NCBI GenBank assembly: GCA_016839585.1
Contig: JAEOTZ010000055.1
Location: forward strand, 1-38,294
DNA from: Promethearchaeota archaeon
GTDB taxonomy: Archaea; Asgardarchaeota; Lokiarchaeia; Sigyniarchaeales; SOKP01
Direction: 5' to 3'
DNA: 38,294 bases
The position numbers and the translations under genes were made by a program. The notes beneath the pieces were generated by a model. It saw nothing but the letters and a program-made list of their open reading frames with translations. It did no database searches and was not told the DNA's origin. Below are positions 18,773 through 28,584 of the stretch, one piece after another; the first letter of the stretch is position 1, and every line of letters begins with the position of its first letter.

Positions 18773-20299
18773 TTAATTAGCGCTTAATTGTAATTGTTTA
18801 TTAATTATAGTATTACAATTTTCAAGAAAAATTTCTATTTTATTGACAGGTACTTTTGTTCCGGCTGCAGGTGGATGTCCTCCTCCTAGTACATCTATAT
18901 TTGAAAGTTTACACGCGTCTCTAATAGCTTGTGAAAGGTTCACTCCTTTTTTTACAATTTTTTTATGTGCCCTCCCTGAAATTTTATACACCTCCTCATC
19001 TTCTCTTTTAGCTACCCCAAAGATAGGTTTAGTTTTATCTATTCTATTACTTTTTTCAAAGATTAACATTGAGGTTATTGTTCCTATTATGCTCTCTGGA
19101 ATTACGTCTTCTCCAAAATAATATTGAATATATTCTTTTTCTTGAATTTTTTTTTGCTCGAAAAGCCATGATAAGCTTTTTACCAATAATTTTTTATATT
19201 CTATTAAATTATCATGAGATTTTTCATACGCAATTTTTCTATCTCCCATTGCTATTGCTATTCCTAACGAGGCACTATTCGTACGTCCACATGCATTTAA
19301 TAGATTAGAAAATTCAGCTATATCATGAAGCTCAGAACCAACTTTTTCCTTTATTAATAGGTATCTATTAATTATTAGTTTTTCTATGATTAGACTTGGT
19401 TCTATATTGAATTTAACCGAAGCATATTCAATTATAGTTGATGATATCTTTTGTTTTTCTTCTTGGTTTAAATCATTTAATGTTTTGATTTTTCCTTCAG
19501 AATTTTCCATTAAAATTCCTGAAGTTTGTAAAAGTTTTAAAGATCTATTAGCATCATTAGTTAGTCCTGGTAAATTTATATCCTTAGAAAATGCTATTGC
19601 TTCATTCAAAGGTTTTATTGCTGAAAAGTTTAAATCATTTACAACTTCAATTAAATTAACATTCTTAGCATCTTCTAAAATTAAAGAATTGATTCCTATA
19701 AATGATTTATTAGGGCCCTGATTTTGAATATCTCCATTAGCACCTATTAATGCAATAGGTGAGAGGTCGATATTTTTCTCATTTAAGCACTTTGAGAAAT
19801 AATAACAAATTCCTGCGCCAGAAATCTCATAACTTCCGTCGATCCCATAAAAATAAGGATTTATATGCCAAGGACTAGTTTCTTCATGGAGTTCTCCAAG
19901 TTTATCAATTTCATTTTTATTAGAAATTTTTTGAGGGAGGTGGTGATCCAATATTATTAAGTTATGGAATTCTTTTTTATGGAATAATTGTTTTTGAAGT
20001 TCCAAATATTGACCACTCCCAAAATCCGAGAATATTAGTAAATTATTATAATTATTGACCTGATCAGAGATTTTATTTATTTCTTCTCTTTCTAACTGTT
20101 TTAGAACTGTGATTTGATACGGAATCCTTTCTCGATAAAAAGTTTTGCCAAGAATTGCACCTGAACTTAAACCATCAGCATCCAAATGAGTATAAATACG
20201 AATTGATGATTCTGATTCTTTTATTTGGTCATAGAAATACTGTTTAACTTTATTTAAATCCTTCTCCAATTTATTTAATTTCTTAATAGTATCACTCAT
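18773..20299 (-). CDS. Archaeal RecJ/Cdc45-like DHH-DHHA1 phosphoesterase
   Basis: THLDADG, SDFGSG, LDHH, GANGD, LNACGR, GGGHPPAAG. Confidence 0.9.
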   Translation of the reverse strand: MSDTIKKLNKLEKDLNKVKQYFYDQIKESESSIRIYTHLDADGLSSGAILGKTFYRERIPYQITVLKQLEREEINKISDQVNNYNNLLIFSDFGSGQYLELQKQLFHKKEFHNLIILDHHLPQKISNKNEIDKLGELHEETSPWHINPYFYGIDGSYEISGAGICYYFSKCLNEKNIDLSPIALIGANGDIQNQGPNKSFIGINSLILEDAKNVNLIEVVNDLNFSAIKPLNEAIAFSKDINLPGLTNDANRSLKLLQTSGILMENSEGKIKTLNDLNQEEKQKISSTIIEYASVKFNIEPSLIIEKLIINRYLLIKEKVGSELHDIAEFSNLLNACGRTNSASLGIAIAMGDRKIAYEKSHDNLIEYKKLLVKSLSWLFEQKKIQEKEYIQYYFGEDVIPESIIGTITSMLIFEKSNRIDKTKPIFGVAKREDEEVYKISGRAHKKIVKKGVNLSQAIRDACKLSNIDVLGGGHPPAAGTKVPVNKIEIFLENCNTIINKQLQLSAN

Positions 20300-20415
20300 T
20301 TTTCTTGAGTTAAATCAAATCATAATTTTAAAATCAATAATATATAATAGATTATCAAAATAATAATAAATACTCAATTATTAATTCAAAAAGTAAACTT
20401 TAGAAGTGAAAAATA

Positions 20416-21411
20416 ATGCATCATGTAAAAATTAATGAGCTAAGCCTAACGTTAGTCAATGACATAATTAAAAATAAAGAGTTATATGGTGCACAAGTAA
20501 CAAAACTAAACAGTGGTCATACAGTCATAGATATGACAAATGCATCATGGATTGGAGGCAAGCTAGTAGGAGAGGTTTGTATGGGAGGATTAGGGACTGT
20601 AAATTTTACTAGTTACAATTTAGATGGATATTATCTTCCAGCTATAAATGTTTATACTTCAATTCCTATTATTTCTTGTATGGCATCTCAATTAGCAGGT
20701 TGGAATGTAAAATTAAAAAAGGAAGTTGAAAAGAATGGTGAATGGAAAAAAAAAGTTGTTTTTCAATCTCTAGGTTCTGGTCCAGCACGAGCTAAAGCAA
20801 AAACAGAAAAAATATTTGAAGAAATTAGTTATATCGATGAATCAGAATGTGCTATTGTCTTTTTTGAAACAAGAGAAATGCCAAATGAGGAAGTTATGGC
20901 AATTGTCTCGAATAAATGTAAGGTAGAAGCAGAAAAAACATTTGCTGTATGTGCCCCCACCGCTTGTCTAACTGGATCAATTCAAGTTGCAGCTAGAATA
21001 GTTGAAACCGGTATACATAAATTACATGAAATCCATTTTCCATTAGAAGTTATAAAGGATGGATTTGGCACTACAACAATTGCTCCTATAGCTAAAGATG
21101 ATTTTGCAGCTATGGGGACTACCAATGATTCCATTATTGCTGCTGGAATGACATTCTATACTATTGAAGTAGATAAAGAGAAAGAATCAGAATTATTTGA
21201 TCTTCTTAAAAAAGCTCCTGCAAATCAATCTTCAAGTTATGGAAAACCATTTAATGAGATCTTTAAAGAAGCAAACTTTGATTTCTACAAAATAGATCCA
21301 GGATTATTTGCTCCAGCACTTTACACAATAAATAATATCAAAACAGGAAAATCGATAACGTTGGGAAAAATAAATCACGAATTATTAAAACAATCCTACG
21401 GATTTATTTAA
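20416..21411 (+). CDS. mch: Methenyl-H4MPT cyclohydrolase
   Basis: EVCMGGLG, CMASQLAGW, LGSGPARA, GSIQVAARIVET, YGKPF, DFYKIDPGLFAPA. Confidence 0.97.
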   Translation: MHHVKINELSLTLVNDIIKNKELYGAQVTKLNSGHTVIDMTNASWIGGKLVGEVCMGGLGTVNFTSYNLDGYYLPAINVYTSIPIISCMASQLAGWNVKLKKEVEKNGEWKKKVVFQSLGSGPARAKAKTEKIFEEISYIDESECAIVFFETREMPNEEVMAIVSNKCKVEAEKTFAVCAPTACLTGSIQVAARIVETGIHKLHEIHFPLEVIKDGFGTTTIAPIAKDDFAAMGTTNDSIIAAGMTFYTIEVDKEKESELFDLLKKAPANQSSSYGKPFNEIFKEANFDFYKIDPGLFAPALYTINNIKTGKSITLGKINHELLKQSYGFI

Positions 21412-21482
21412 TTAGAAATAAGCTTAATAATTAGAAACGTGTAAATAAATATTTTTTTTATTTTTCTTTAACAGATTTATAC

Positions 21483-22526
21483 TTAAATATTGGTTAATTC
21501 TTCTTGAAATTTTAAAATTTCAGCAACTGAAATATCGCTGTCAAACACAATTTTTTTCTGAATTCCTAAATATGCACATGCAATTTTTGCGGCAGCAGCA
21601 ATTTCAGCTTTCTTAAGTGTTATTGAATACTCATCTTGCTGAATTTGATCTTCTTGAAAATGATTTTCTTGAAATTGTCTATCCAGTAAATGGTAGACTC
21701 TTTCACTTTTCATTTTATACAGTAATGAACCCATTTTTTCAGCAACTTTGAAAGGCAATTGATTTTTTGCTACTAGTCGAATGATATTATTAATATCAAA
21801 ATAATTTAGAGTTTCAAACTTGGCACGTAAAAAGCTTTTTAAATTTTCAGAGTTTTGTTCACATTCTTTTTCTGTCCAATCGTAAATAGCTAACTTTCTT
21901 CTAAAAAATATTAATTCCCAATTAATATTTATTTCCTTTAATAGCTCTAGTAATTTATCATCATTAGCTTTTTTGGATTCTATAATAATATAAAGTTGAA
22001 GTCCATAATATTTATGTTCCTGTTGAAGAAAAAATCCTCTTTGTTGCATAGAGGCAAGGATGAGGAGTTTAAATGAATAAATATTGTCTGATATATTCTT
22101 TTTTCCACAATTCAAATATATTACATTTCCCTCTTCACTAACATATTCACTATCCAAAAAACCTAGTATACTTTCACTATTTTCCTTAATAAAATCTCGC
22201 AATCCACTTAAGGTAGGTTTAACATCAAATTTTATTAAATCACTTTCTGCAACTGTAACATAATCATTATAATTGCTTCCGATAGCTAATTTAATTGAAT
22301 TCAATTTTAGTTCTTTATCAGTTCCAAAAACTTTTTTAAAAGCTTTGTTAATTGGAAATACTTCATTCTCCAAAATTTTTAGATCTGCCATAGAACTCTC
22401 ATAAGGTTCAGGATCATTTAACATTTTATTTAAAATAGGAGCTTCTGAAGCGTCAACTTCAATTTCATAAGATTTTGCTAAGTCCTTACGAATAGCACAA
22501 ACAGATCGGTTTTTTTTATTGTACAT
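21483..22526 (-). CDS. Hypothetical protein (may extend about 30 codons upstream)
   Basis: 347-aa ORF; the frame stays open to 22622. Confidence 0.75.
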   Translation of the reverse strand: MYNKKNRSVCAIRKDLAKSYEIEVDASEAPILNKMLNDPEPYESSMADLKILENEVFPINKAFKKVFGTDKELKLNSIKLAIGSNYNDYVTVAESDLIKFDVKPTLSGLRDFIKENSESILGFLDSEYVSEEGNVIYLNCGKKNISDNIYSFKLLILASMQQRGFFLQQEHKYYGLQLYIIIESKKANDDKLLELLKEININWELIFFRRKLAIYDWTEKECEQNSENLKSFLRAKFETLNYFDINNIIRLVAKNQLPFKVAEKMGSLLYKMKSERVYHLLDRQFQENHFQEDQIQQDEYSITLKKAEIAAAAKIACAYLGIQKKIVFDSDISVAEILKFQEELTNI

Positions 22527-22757
22527 TGAAATAGATGTATGATCATCAATTACCGCTCGAAATTTTTCAATGTATTTACTTTCCGTACTGTCCGAACGAG
22601 TCTTTCTACGTCGAATTCTTAATCAACTTGTCGATATTAAAAAATTTTATGTAGGTTATTTTAAATAAAAAAATCCAATCTTAAATTCTTATCTAAAAAA
22701 AAAAATAACATTTCTCTTTAAATTTTAAGTTGAAATTAAATAATATTCAAAATTTTC

Positions 22758-22937
22758 TTATTCCTTATCTTGTTCAACAAAATAATTATCTCCCTTTTTT
22801 ATATACACAATTGTAGAACCAAAATTATTACGTACAGTATATTTAGCACCTTGAACATCTAAAATCTCTATAGAATAAGATAATCTCCGCTTTTTTAAGA
22901 TATCATCAATGATCCTTTTTTCTTCTTCCGAGTCCAT
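22758..22937 (-). CDS. Small 59-aa hypothetical protein (not in ORF track)
   Basis: MDSEEEKRIIDDILKKRRLSYSIEILDVQGAKYTVRNNFGSTIVYIKKGDNYFVEQDKE; ATG start, protein-like composition, fills an intergenic gap. Confidence 0.75.
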   Translation of the reverse strand: MDSEEEKRIIDDILKKRRLSYSIEILDVQGAKYTVRNNFGSTIVYIKKGDNYFVEQDKE

Positions 22938-23301
22938 AATTTTGTTTCATTTCACAATACAAAAAAAGGTTATGATTTTAATTCATCAATAATGAATAAA
23001 AATTATAATACAATAAATCATTGAATTACTAAAGATTTATATTTACTAACTTGATGATTGTTAAATAATCTAAATATAGAATTGTCAAAAATGGGATAGG
23101 AATAAATAAATAATCGCTTTTGCTTTTAAGTTTTTTCCGTTTTTGTCTTATTAAAAAGTCGCCCATTTTTTAATAAAAGAAATGATTTAATAATTAGATA
23201 ATCTTTTGATTAAATGTTACCAGAAATTGTTTTAACAATTTTTGATCGATCAAATATTTCAATAGCACCTTTAAACTACTTTTAACTCCCGAGGAAATTA
23301 T

Positions 23302-24552
23302 ATGGCAAAGGATAAACTGGATATCGGTTTTTTCACGAGTATGTATAGTCAAATTAACGGAACTGCAATTTCAGTACGAAATCTAGCTGAAGCAATGGCA
23401 AAGCACACTCATCATAATATACATGTTTACGCACCGGGTATTCAAAAGCCTAAAAACGGACCGAAAAATCTTCGTCTTCATAGCTTTTTTGGAGCTAAAA
23501 TTAGTCCTAAAACGGGATTTGTACTAAGTTTTCCAATACATAAGTATTTTTTCTGCAATAAAGACTATTTAGATATTGCTCACATCCATACACATGCCAC
23601 ATTTGGAAGTATGGCAATTAATTGGGCTAAATATCTTGGAATACCAATGGTGGGGACACATAATTCTCCATTATCATTTTACACATCACAATATATCCCT
23701 GTAGTAGGGAAACTTCTTTCAAAAATGGACTGGGTGTGGCGATATGAAAGACATATATTGGATAAATACGATTTAGTAGCTGTTCCAACAAAATCTAAAA
23801 AAGATCTACTCATAAAACAAAGATTTAAAGAACCAATCGTTTGTTTAACCAATGGAATAAATGATATTTATTATAATGAGTTAAGGGAAAATGGTATTCG
23901 CGATCAATACAATCTAGGAAATAAAAAAGTGCTGTTATATGCTTCTAGATTATCTCCTGAAAAACATCAAATAAGTATTATTAAAACATTTAAAAAGATT
24001 CATAGAGAAGTACCAGATTCTCATTTACTCTTAGTAGGAAGTGATGGTCCCTCAAGTGATCATGTGAAAAAATTAATAAGAAAAAAGAATTACAGGGAAT
24101 TTGTTTCATATGCTGGCAGAGTTCCATTTAATGATCTATTAAAACTTTATAATACTGTAGATCTATCTTGTCTATGGTCTTGGGTTGAGGCAGAAGGATT
24201 AGTGTTAATTGAAGCAATGGCTCAAGGAACTCCAAGTGTAGGAGCTAATGCATGTGGAATTTCAAATGTAATTAGACATGGAAAAACAGGTTATCTTGCC
24301 AATAATTTAGTAGATTTCAAAGAAAAAGTAGTGAAATTATTTAAAGATGATGATCTTAGAGCTGAGTTTGGTGAAAATGCTAAGAGAGTTGCTGAAAGTT
24401 ATAGAATTAGTAATGTAGCTAAAACTTGGATAAAGCTTTATGAGTTTATAATAGAAGAACTATATCCATTGAGGTATTACAGAAAAGATAGAAGCCATAG
24501 AGTTAAATTAGTCAAGGATTTTGTTAAAGAATTACCAATTGTTCGGTTCTAA
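23302..24552 (+). CDS. GT4-family (GT-B) glycosyltransferase
   Basis: INGTAIS, HIHTH, ASRLSPEK, EAEGLVLIEAMAQGTPSVG. Confidence 0.92.
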   Translation: MAKDKLDIGFFTSMYSQINGTAISVRNLAEAMAKHTHHNIHVYAPGIQKPKNGPKNLRLHSFFGAKISPKTGFVLSFPIHKYFFCNKDYLDIAHIHTHATFGSMAINWAKYLGIPMVGTHNSPLSFYTSQYIPVVGKLLSKMDWVWRYERHILDKYDLVAVPTKSKKDLLIKQRFKEPIVCLTNGINDIYYNELRENGIRDQYNLGNKKVLLYASRLSPEKHQISIIKTFKKIHREVPDSHLLLVGSDGPSSDHVKKLIRKKNYREFVSYAGRVPFNDLLKLYNTVDLSCLWSWVEAEGLVLIEAMAQGTPSVGANACGISNVIRHGKTGYLANNLVDFKEKVVKLFKDDDLRAEFGENAKRVAESYRISNVAKTWIKLYEFIIEELYPLRYYRKDRSHRVKLVKDFVKELPIVRF

Positions 24553-24568
24553 CTTGTTTCAAAAATTT

Positions 24569-25339
24569 TTAGAAATTAAAATTAATACGTTTTTTTTCTA
24601 ATTTTTGCTCACATTTTTCACATAAATAAACTGATTTTTTATCAATATCCTCAATATTAACAGAAAAGCGCATTACACATAAATTGTTGTCACAATGTTC
24701 AGGACCTAATACAAGGTGTCCAATTTCATGTATGGTTTCTTTAATCACTCTTTCATTAAATAAATCTTGATTATCTTGCCTATTATAAAAATTCTCTTTT
24801 AAACTTAGTGTTGACACTATGGAACATTGATGTCTTAAGTGAGTTTCTCCAAACAAGAAGAAAATATTATCTTCACTACTTGAATATATAGGAAGGTTTG
24901 TAATGGCAAGTATCATATCAATGTTCTCTCCTTTCTTTTTATTTATTAAAATTTGATAAAATTTATTTGTTGGATGAAGTCCTATTCTTTCATTATTTTC
25001 TGTCATTTTAAATTTATTTTTTACACCTTTATTGAAAATTTCTTTAGAAAAGGTAAAATCACCTAAATTTCTAAAATCATAAAAGAAAGAATCAAATATC
25101 AGATTTAGATTCATTTTAATTGTGTCAAATAACGTATCCTTAAAATCTCCGCAAAATAACACTCCTAAATGACATGGAAAAATGAATTGCTTTGGTAATT
25201 CTGCAATTAATTCAAACTCATTTTGATGATAAATACCTATTCGAAAAACTAATCTTTTTAATTTGTCTTTAAATTTTATTTCAGATAATCTCTGAAAATA
25301 TTTAGATAATTTTTCTTCGTATTTTTGAAATTTTACCAT
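24569..25339 (-). CDS. Archaemetzincin-like Zn metalloprotease (M54)
   Basis: KETIHEIGHLVLGPEHCDNNLCVMRFS...DKKSVYLCEKC: HExxH motif plus Cys4 zinc site. Confidence 0.9.
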   Translation of the reverse strand: MVKFQKYEEKLSKYFQRLSEIKFKDKLKRLVFRIGIYHQNEFELIAELPKQFIFPCHLGVLFCGDFKDTLFDTIKMNLNLIFDSFFYDFRNLGDFTFSKEIFNKGVKNKFKMTENNERIGLHPTNKFYQILINKKKGENIDMILAITNLPIYSSSEDNIFFLFGETHLRHQCSIVSTLSLKENFYNRQDNQDLFNERVIKETIHEIGHLVLGPEHCDNNLCVMRFSVNIEDIDKKSVYLCEKCEQKLEKKRINFNF

Positions 25340-25612
25340 TATTAGAGTTAAATAAAGAAATATCCAATTAAATAATTTCTTATAATAATTTAAAGAGATA
25401 AAAATGTTAAGAGAGATGTATTGATTTTATCTTTCTACTTTTCTTTTATTCAGAAGAAAAATTAGCATACAAGAATTTAATTTATTATCTATAGGTATTT
25501 AAATTATTAAAGATATTAAAAATTAAAATATAAAAATTTTGCTTAAGTTAAGTCAGAGAAAGCAGAAAATTCAGAGAATTTAAAAATAAATGAAGAGAGA
25601 GTTACAACTACA

Positions 25613-26590
25613 ATGGAAGATAAAGCTTCAGAAAAAGATATGGTTGAAAAAGATTTTATTCCGCACTTTTTTCCAACATATAGAATCAAAAGAAAACTAT
25701 ATTCTCTCCCAATAATTATTGTAGTGCTTGTAGCTGGATTATTAGCCTATTTAACATATATTGAAGCGGGTGTTCAGATAGAAGGCGGTTATTTTTCTGA
25801 AAGTGAATTGGGAGCTCTAGGTGGTTTATTAAATGGCCTAATATATACAGCTTTAGCAGCAGTATCTGCATTTGTAATAATTTATTTTGTAAAACGAAAA
25901 GGAATTGAAATTTTAAGATTCATATTTGGGATAAGCTTTGGTTTAGTTGGATTTTTTCAAACTTGGTTTTTTGGACAGATTATAATATTTCTAATTTTCT
26001 ATAAATCTCCTATATTGTTTTATCTTTTTTATTATGAGCTAATCTTTTTTTCAGCTGTCTTAATAATAATTATGCTCTATAAATATTTTACTTCTGTCTC
26101 AATTTATACAAAAAACTTTATAGTTTTATATATTGGTTTATTAATAGGCGCTTCAATGGGAGTATTAATGCCACTTTGGACTACTTTGGCCATTTTGATT
26201 GGTATTTCTTGTTGGGATATATATGCTGTGTTGTCTAAAAAGGGACCAATTAAACAGATGATTGATTTTGCTTCTAATTCTGATGATCCAGAAAATTTAC
26301 TTGAAGAAGAACAGAAAGAGAAAATTAAAAGTGGGGAACTTACCTACGATACTTCTAAATTAGAAATTGGAATAGGTGATTTAGCATTCTATAGTATGCT
26401 TACATCAAGTGCACTTGTACAGACAAATAATATTTTTATTATGCTTTTTACTGCAATTGCAATACTAATTGGAACAGGAATAACCATTTCTGGATTAAAA
26501 CGCAACAAAATATTACCTGGTTTGCCTATTTCTATCTTTCTTGGTATTGGAACGATGTTATTATCTTGGTATTTATTCTCACTATTATGA
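25613..26590 (+). CDS. Presenilin-family intramembrane aspartyl protease (A22)
   Basis: About 9 TM; WDIYAVLSKKGP, GIGDLAFYSML, LPGLPISI. Confidence 0.92.
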   Translation: MEDKASEKDMVEKDFIPHFFPTYRIKRKLYSLPIIIVVLVAGLLAYLTYIEAGVQIEGGYFSESELGALGGLLNGLIYTALAAVSAFVIIYFVKRKGIEILRFIFGISFGLVGFFQTWFFGQIIIFLIFYKSPILFYLFYYELIFFSAVLIIIMLYKYFTSVSIYTKNFIVLYIGLLIGASMGVLMPLWTTLAILIGISCWDIYAVLSKKGPIKQMIDFASNSDDPENLLEEEQKEKIKSGELTYDTSKLEIGIGDLAFYSMLTSSALVQTNNIFIMLFTAIAILIGTGITISGLKRNKILPGLPISIFLGIGTMLLSWYLFSLL

Positions 26591-26677
26591 ATTTAAAACT
26601 TTAAAGTTTAATTTATATTAATTTATTAAATAACAAACTTCTAAAAATAATATAGATAAGAAAAATGGTTGAATATT

Positions 26678-27865
26678 ATGGCTGATATTAGTTATATCAA
26701 AAAAATTGCAGTAGTAGGAGCTGGAACAATGGGACGCGAGATTGCCCAGGTTGCACTTATGGCGGGTTTTGAGAAGGTGTTTTTATATAGTAGATCGATC
26801 GAAACAATTACTAAAGCAAAAAATTTTATTGAAAATGGTTTAAAAAAACTTAAATCAAAAGGTACTCTTGATGAGGGAGTTACTCCAGAGTCATTAATGA
26901 AAAATCTGATTCTAAATAGGGACGTAGAAAAAACTGTTGAGAATGCTGATTTCGTAATTGAATCTGTACCAGAAAATATGGATCTCAAACAAGAAATTTT
27001 TAAAAAATTAGGGAACTTCGCTGCTAAGCATGCTATTCTAGCAACAAATACATCAACAATGAGTATAACGAAGATAGCAGAGGCCTCTGGAAGAGCAGAT
27101 AAGGTTATTGGCATGCATTTTTTCACCCCTATTGTAGTTCTTAGGTTAATTGAAGTTATTAAGGGGGCTAAAACATCCAAAGAAACATTTGATATTAGTA
27201 TTGCCATTGGTGAGAAATTTCCCGCGTTAAAAGGTAAAAGATATATTGCAAAAATTGAAAAAGAAAGTCCTGGCTTCATTGTTAATAGATTAACTATAAG
27301 TACTAGTTTATATCTAAATTGGCTTCTTGACATGGCTATGGAAAAAGGCATTCCAATAGAAACAATTGATAATGATGTTGTCACTTATCCTGGTATAGGA
27401 CCATTTGCAAAATGGGATTATTTCGGTATTGATGTAGTATGTGATACTCGTAATTATTTCGCTAAAGAATTATCCCCTGAATTTGCTCCAGGAAAAACTC
27501 TTAAAACTTTATTAAAAGAGGGAGAATTAGGAAAAAAGACAGGAAAAGGACTCTATGAGTGGAAAGAAGGTAAACATATCATTACTAGCTATGAAAAAGC
27601 AAACATTTTCAACTTAGAATTATTTTATGCAATACAATTAAATGAGGGTTGTAGACTTTTAGAGGAAGGCATTGTTAGCGGTTATAAAATCATAGATGAT
27701 ACTATGCTTGCAGGCATGGATATGCCAGGACCATTTAGTGCTGGAAAAAGAAATTATAAAGCGTGGACAAAATTGTTAGATGAGTTTGTGGAAAAAAGTC
27801 GAATAAAATATCTTAAACCATGTGATTTAATGAAATCAGGTGGTTTTGTTAATATAAGAAAATAA
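26678..27865 (+). CDS. 3-hydroxyacyl-CoA dehydrogenase family protein
   Basis: VVGAGTMG, ESVPENMDLKQ, ATNTST, GMHFF, PGFIVNR, LGKKTGKGLY; second C-terminal domain. Confidence 0.92.
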   Translation: MADISYIKKIAVVGAGTMGREIAQVALMAGFEKVFLYSRSIETITKAKNFIENGLKKLKSKGTLDEGVTPESLMKNLILNRDVEKTVENADFVIESVPENMDLKQEIFKKLGNFAAKHAILATNTSTMSITKIAEASGRADKVIGMHFFTPIVVLRLIEVIKGAKTSKETFDISIAIGEKFPALKGKRYIAKIEKESPGFIVNRLTISTSLYLNWLLDMAMEKGIPIETIDNDVVTYPGIGPFAKWDYFGIDVVCDTRNYFAKELSPEFAPGKTLKTLLKEGELGKKTGKGLYEWKEGKHIITSYEKANIFNLELFYAIQLNEGCRLLEEGIVSGYKIIDDTMLAGMDMPGPFSAGKRNYKAWTKLLDEFVEKSRIKYLKPCDLMKSGGFVNIRK

Positions 27866-27960
27866 AGTTAAATAACTAACCTAAACCTTAAAAATTAAAT
27901 AAATATTTAACTATTATTAAAGCATTAACTCTATATAATTAATTTTTTTCTTGTATTTCT

Positions 27961-28563
27961 ATGGATTCTAATCTGGTTGATTATAAGGACCTCTTGAAGA
28001 AACTTAAATATTCAATTCCAGAAATACAAGCTGTAGCAATTATAACAAATGAAGGTATGCCCGTTGCTTCAATACTCCCTCCTGAAATAGATGATATAAA
28101 AATATCTGCTATGACTTCTGCTCTTCTATCTTTAGCAGAAATGACTGTTGTTGAAATGGAAAAAGGTGATTTTGATCAATTATATGTTAAAGGTAAGGAT
28201 GGCTACTTAATATATATGCAAGCAGGTCCAAGGGCAGTTCTTGCAGTATCTACAACAATAGATGTTAAATTAGGTTTGGTATTTTTAGAATGTAAGACAA
28301 CATGCGAAAAAATTTTCCCCATACTTACTCTACAAATTTTATCAGAGAAAGCTGCAAGTAAAATATTATATTTAATGAAAGACAAGCAAGTAGATGAGAT
28401 GGAAATTGAGAGGAAGTACCTTTCTGAGTTAATTAGTCATGAATTAATACAACAAAATGAATCCGATAATTTACCAATAATAAAACCTTCTGTAACACCC
28501 TTTTTTGAGAAAAATCGTATTAAAGTAGAATATGAGGGTATTTTGATTAAATTCCTTAAATAA
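27961..28563 (+). CDS. Roadblock/LC7 (MglB-like) domain protein with C-terminal extension
   Basis: AVAIITNEGMPVAS, ISAMTSALLSLAE, GDFDQLYVKGKDGY, KLGLVF. Confidence 0.9.
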   Translation: MDSNLVDYKDLLKKLKYSIPEIQAVAIITNEGMPVASILPPEIDDIKISAMTSALLSLAEMTVVEMEKGDFDQLYVKGKDGYLIYMQAGPRAVLAVSTTIDVKLGLVFLECKTTCEKIFPILTLQILSEKAASKILYLMKDKQVDEMEIERKYLSELISHELIQQNESDNLPIIKPSVTPFFEKNRIKVEYEGILIKFLK

Positions 28564-28584
28564 ATTTCCAGAAAAAGTTAGTTA

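Noticed and set aside
26692-27384. 230-aa antisense ORF and the other short ORFs nested in confident genes (e.g. 2456, 4568, 13141, 14241, 14994, 18843, 19386, 29009, 29534)
   Set aside because: Shadow frames of well-supported genes with no motifs of their own.
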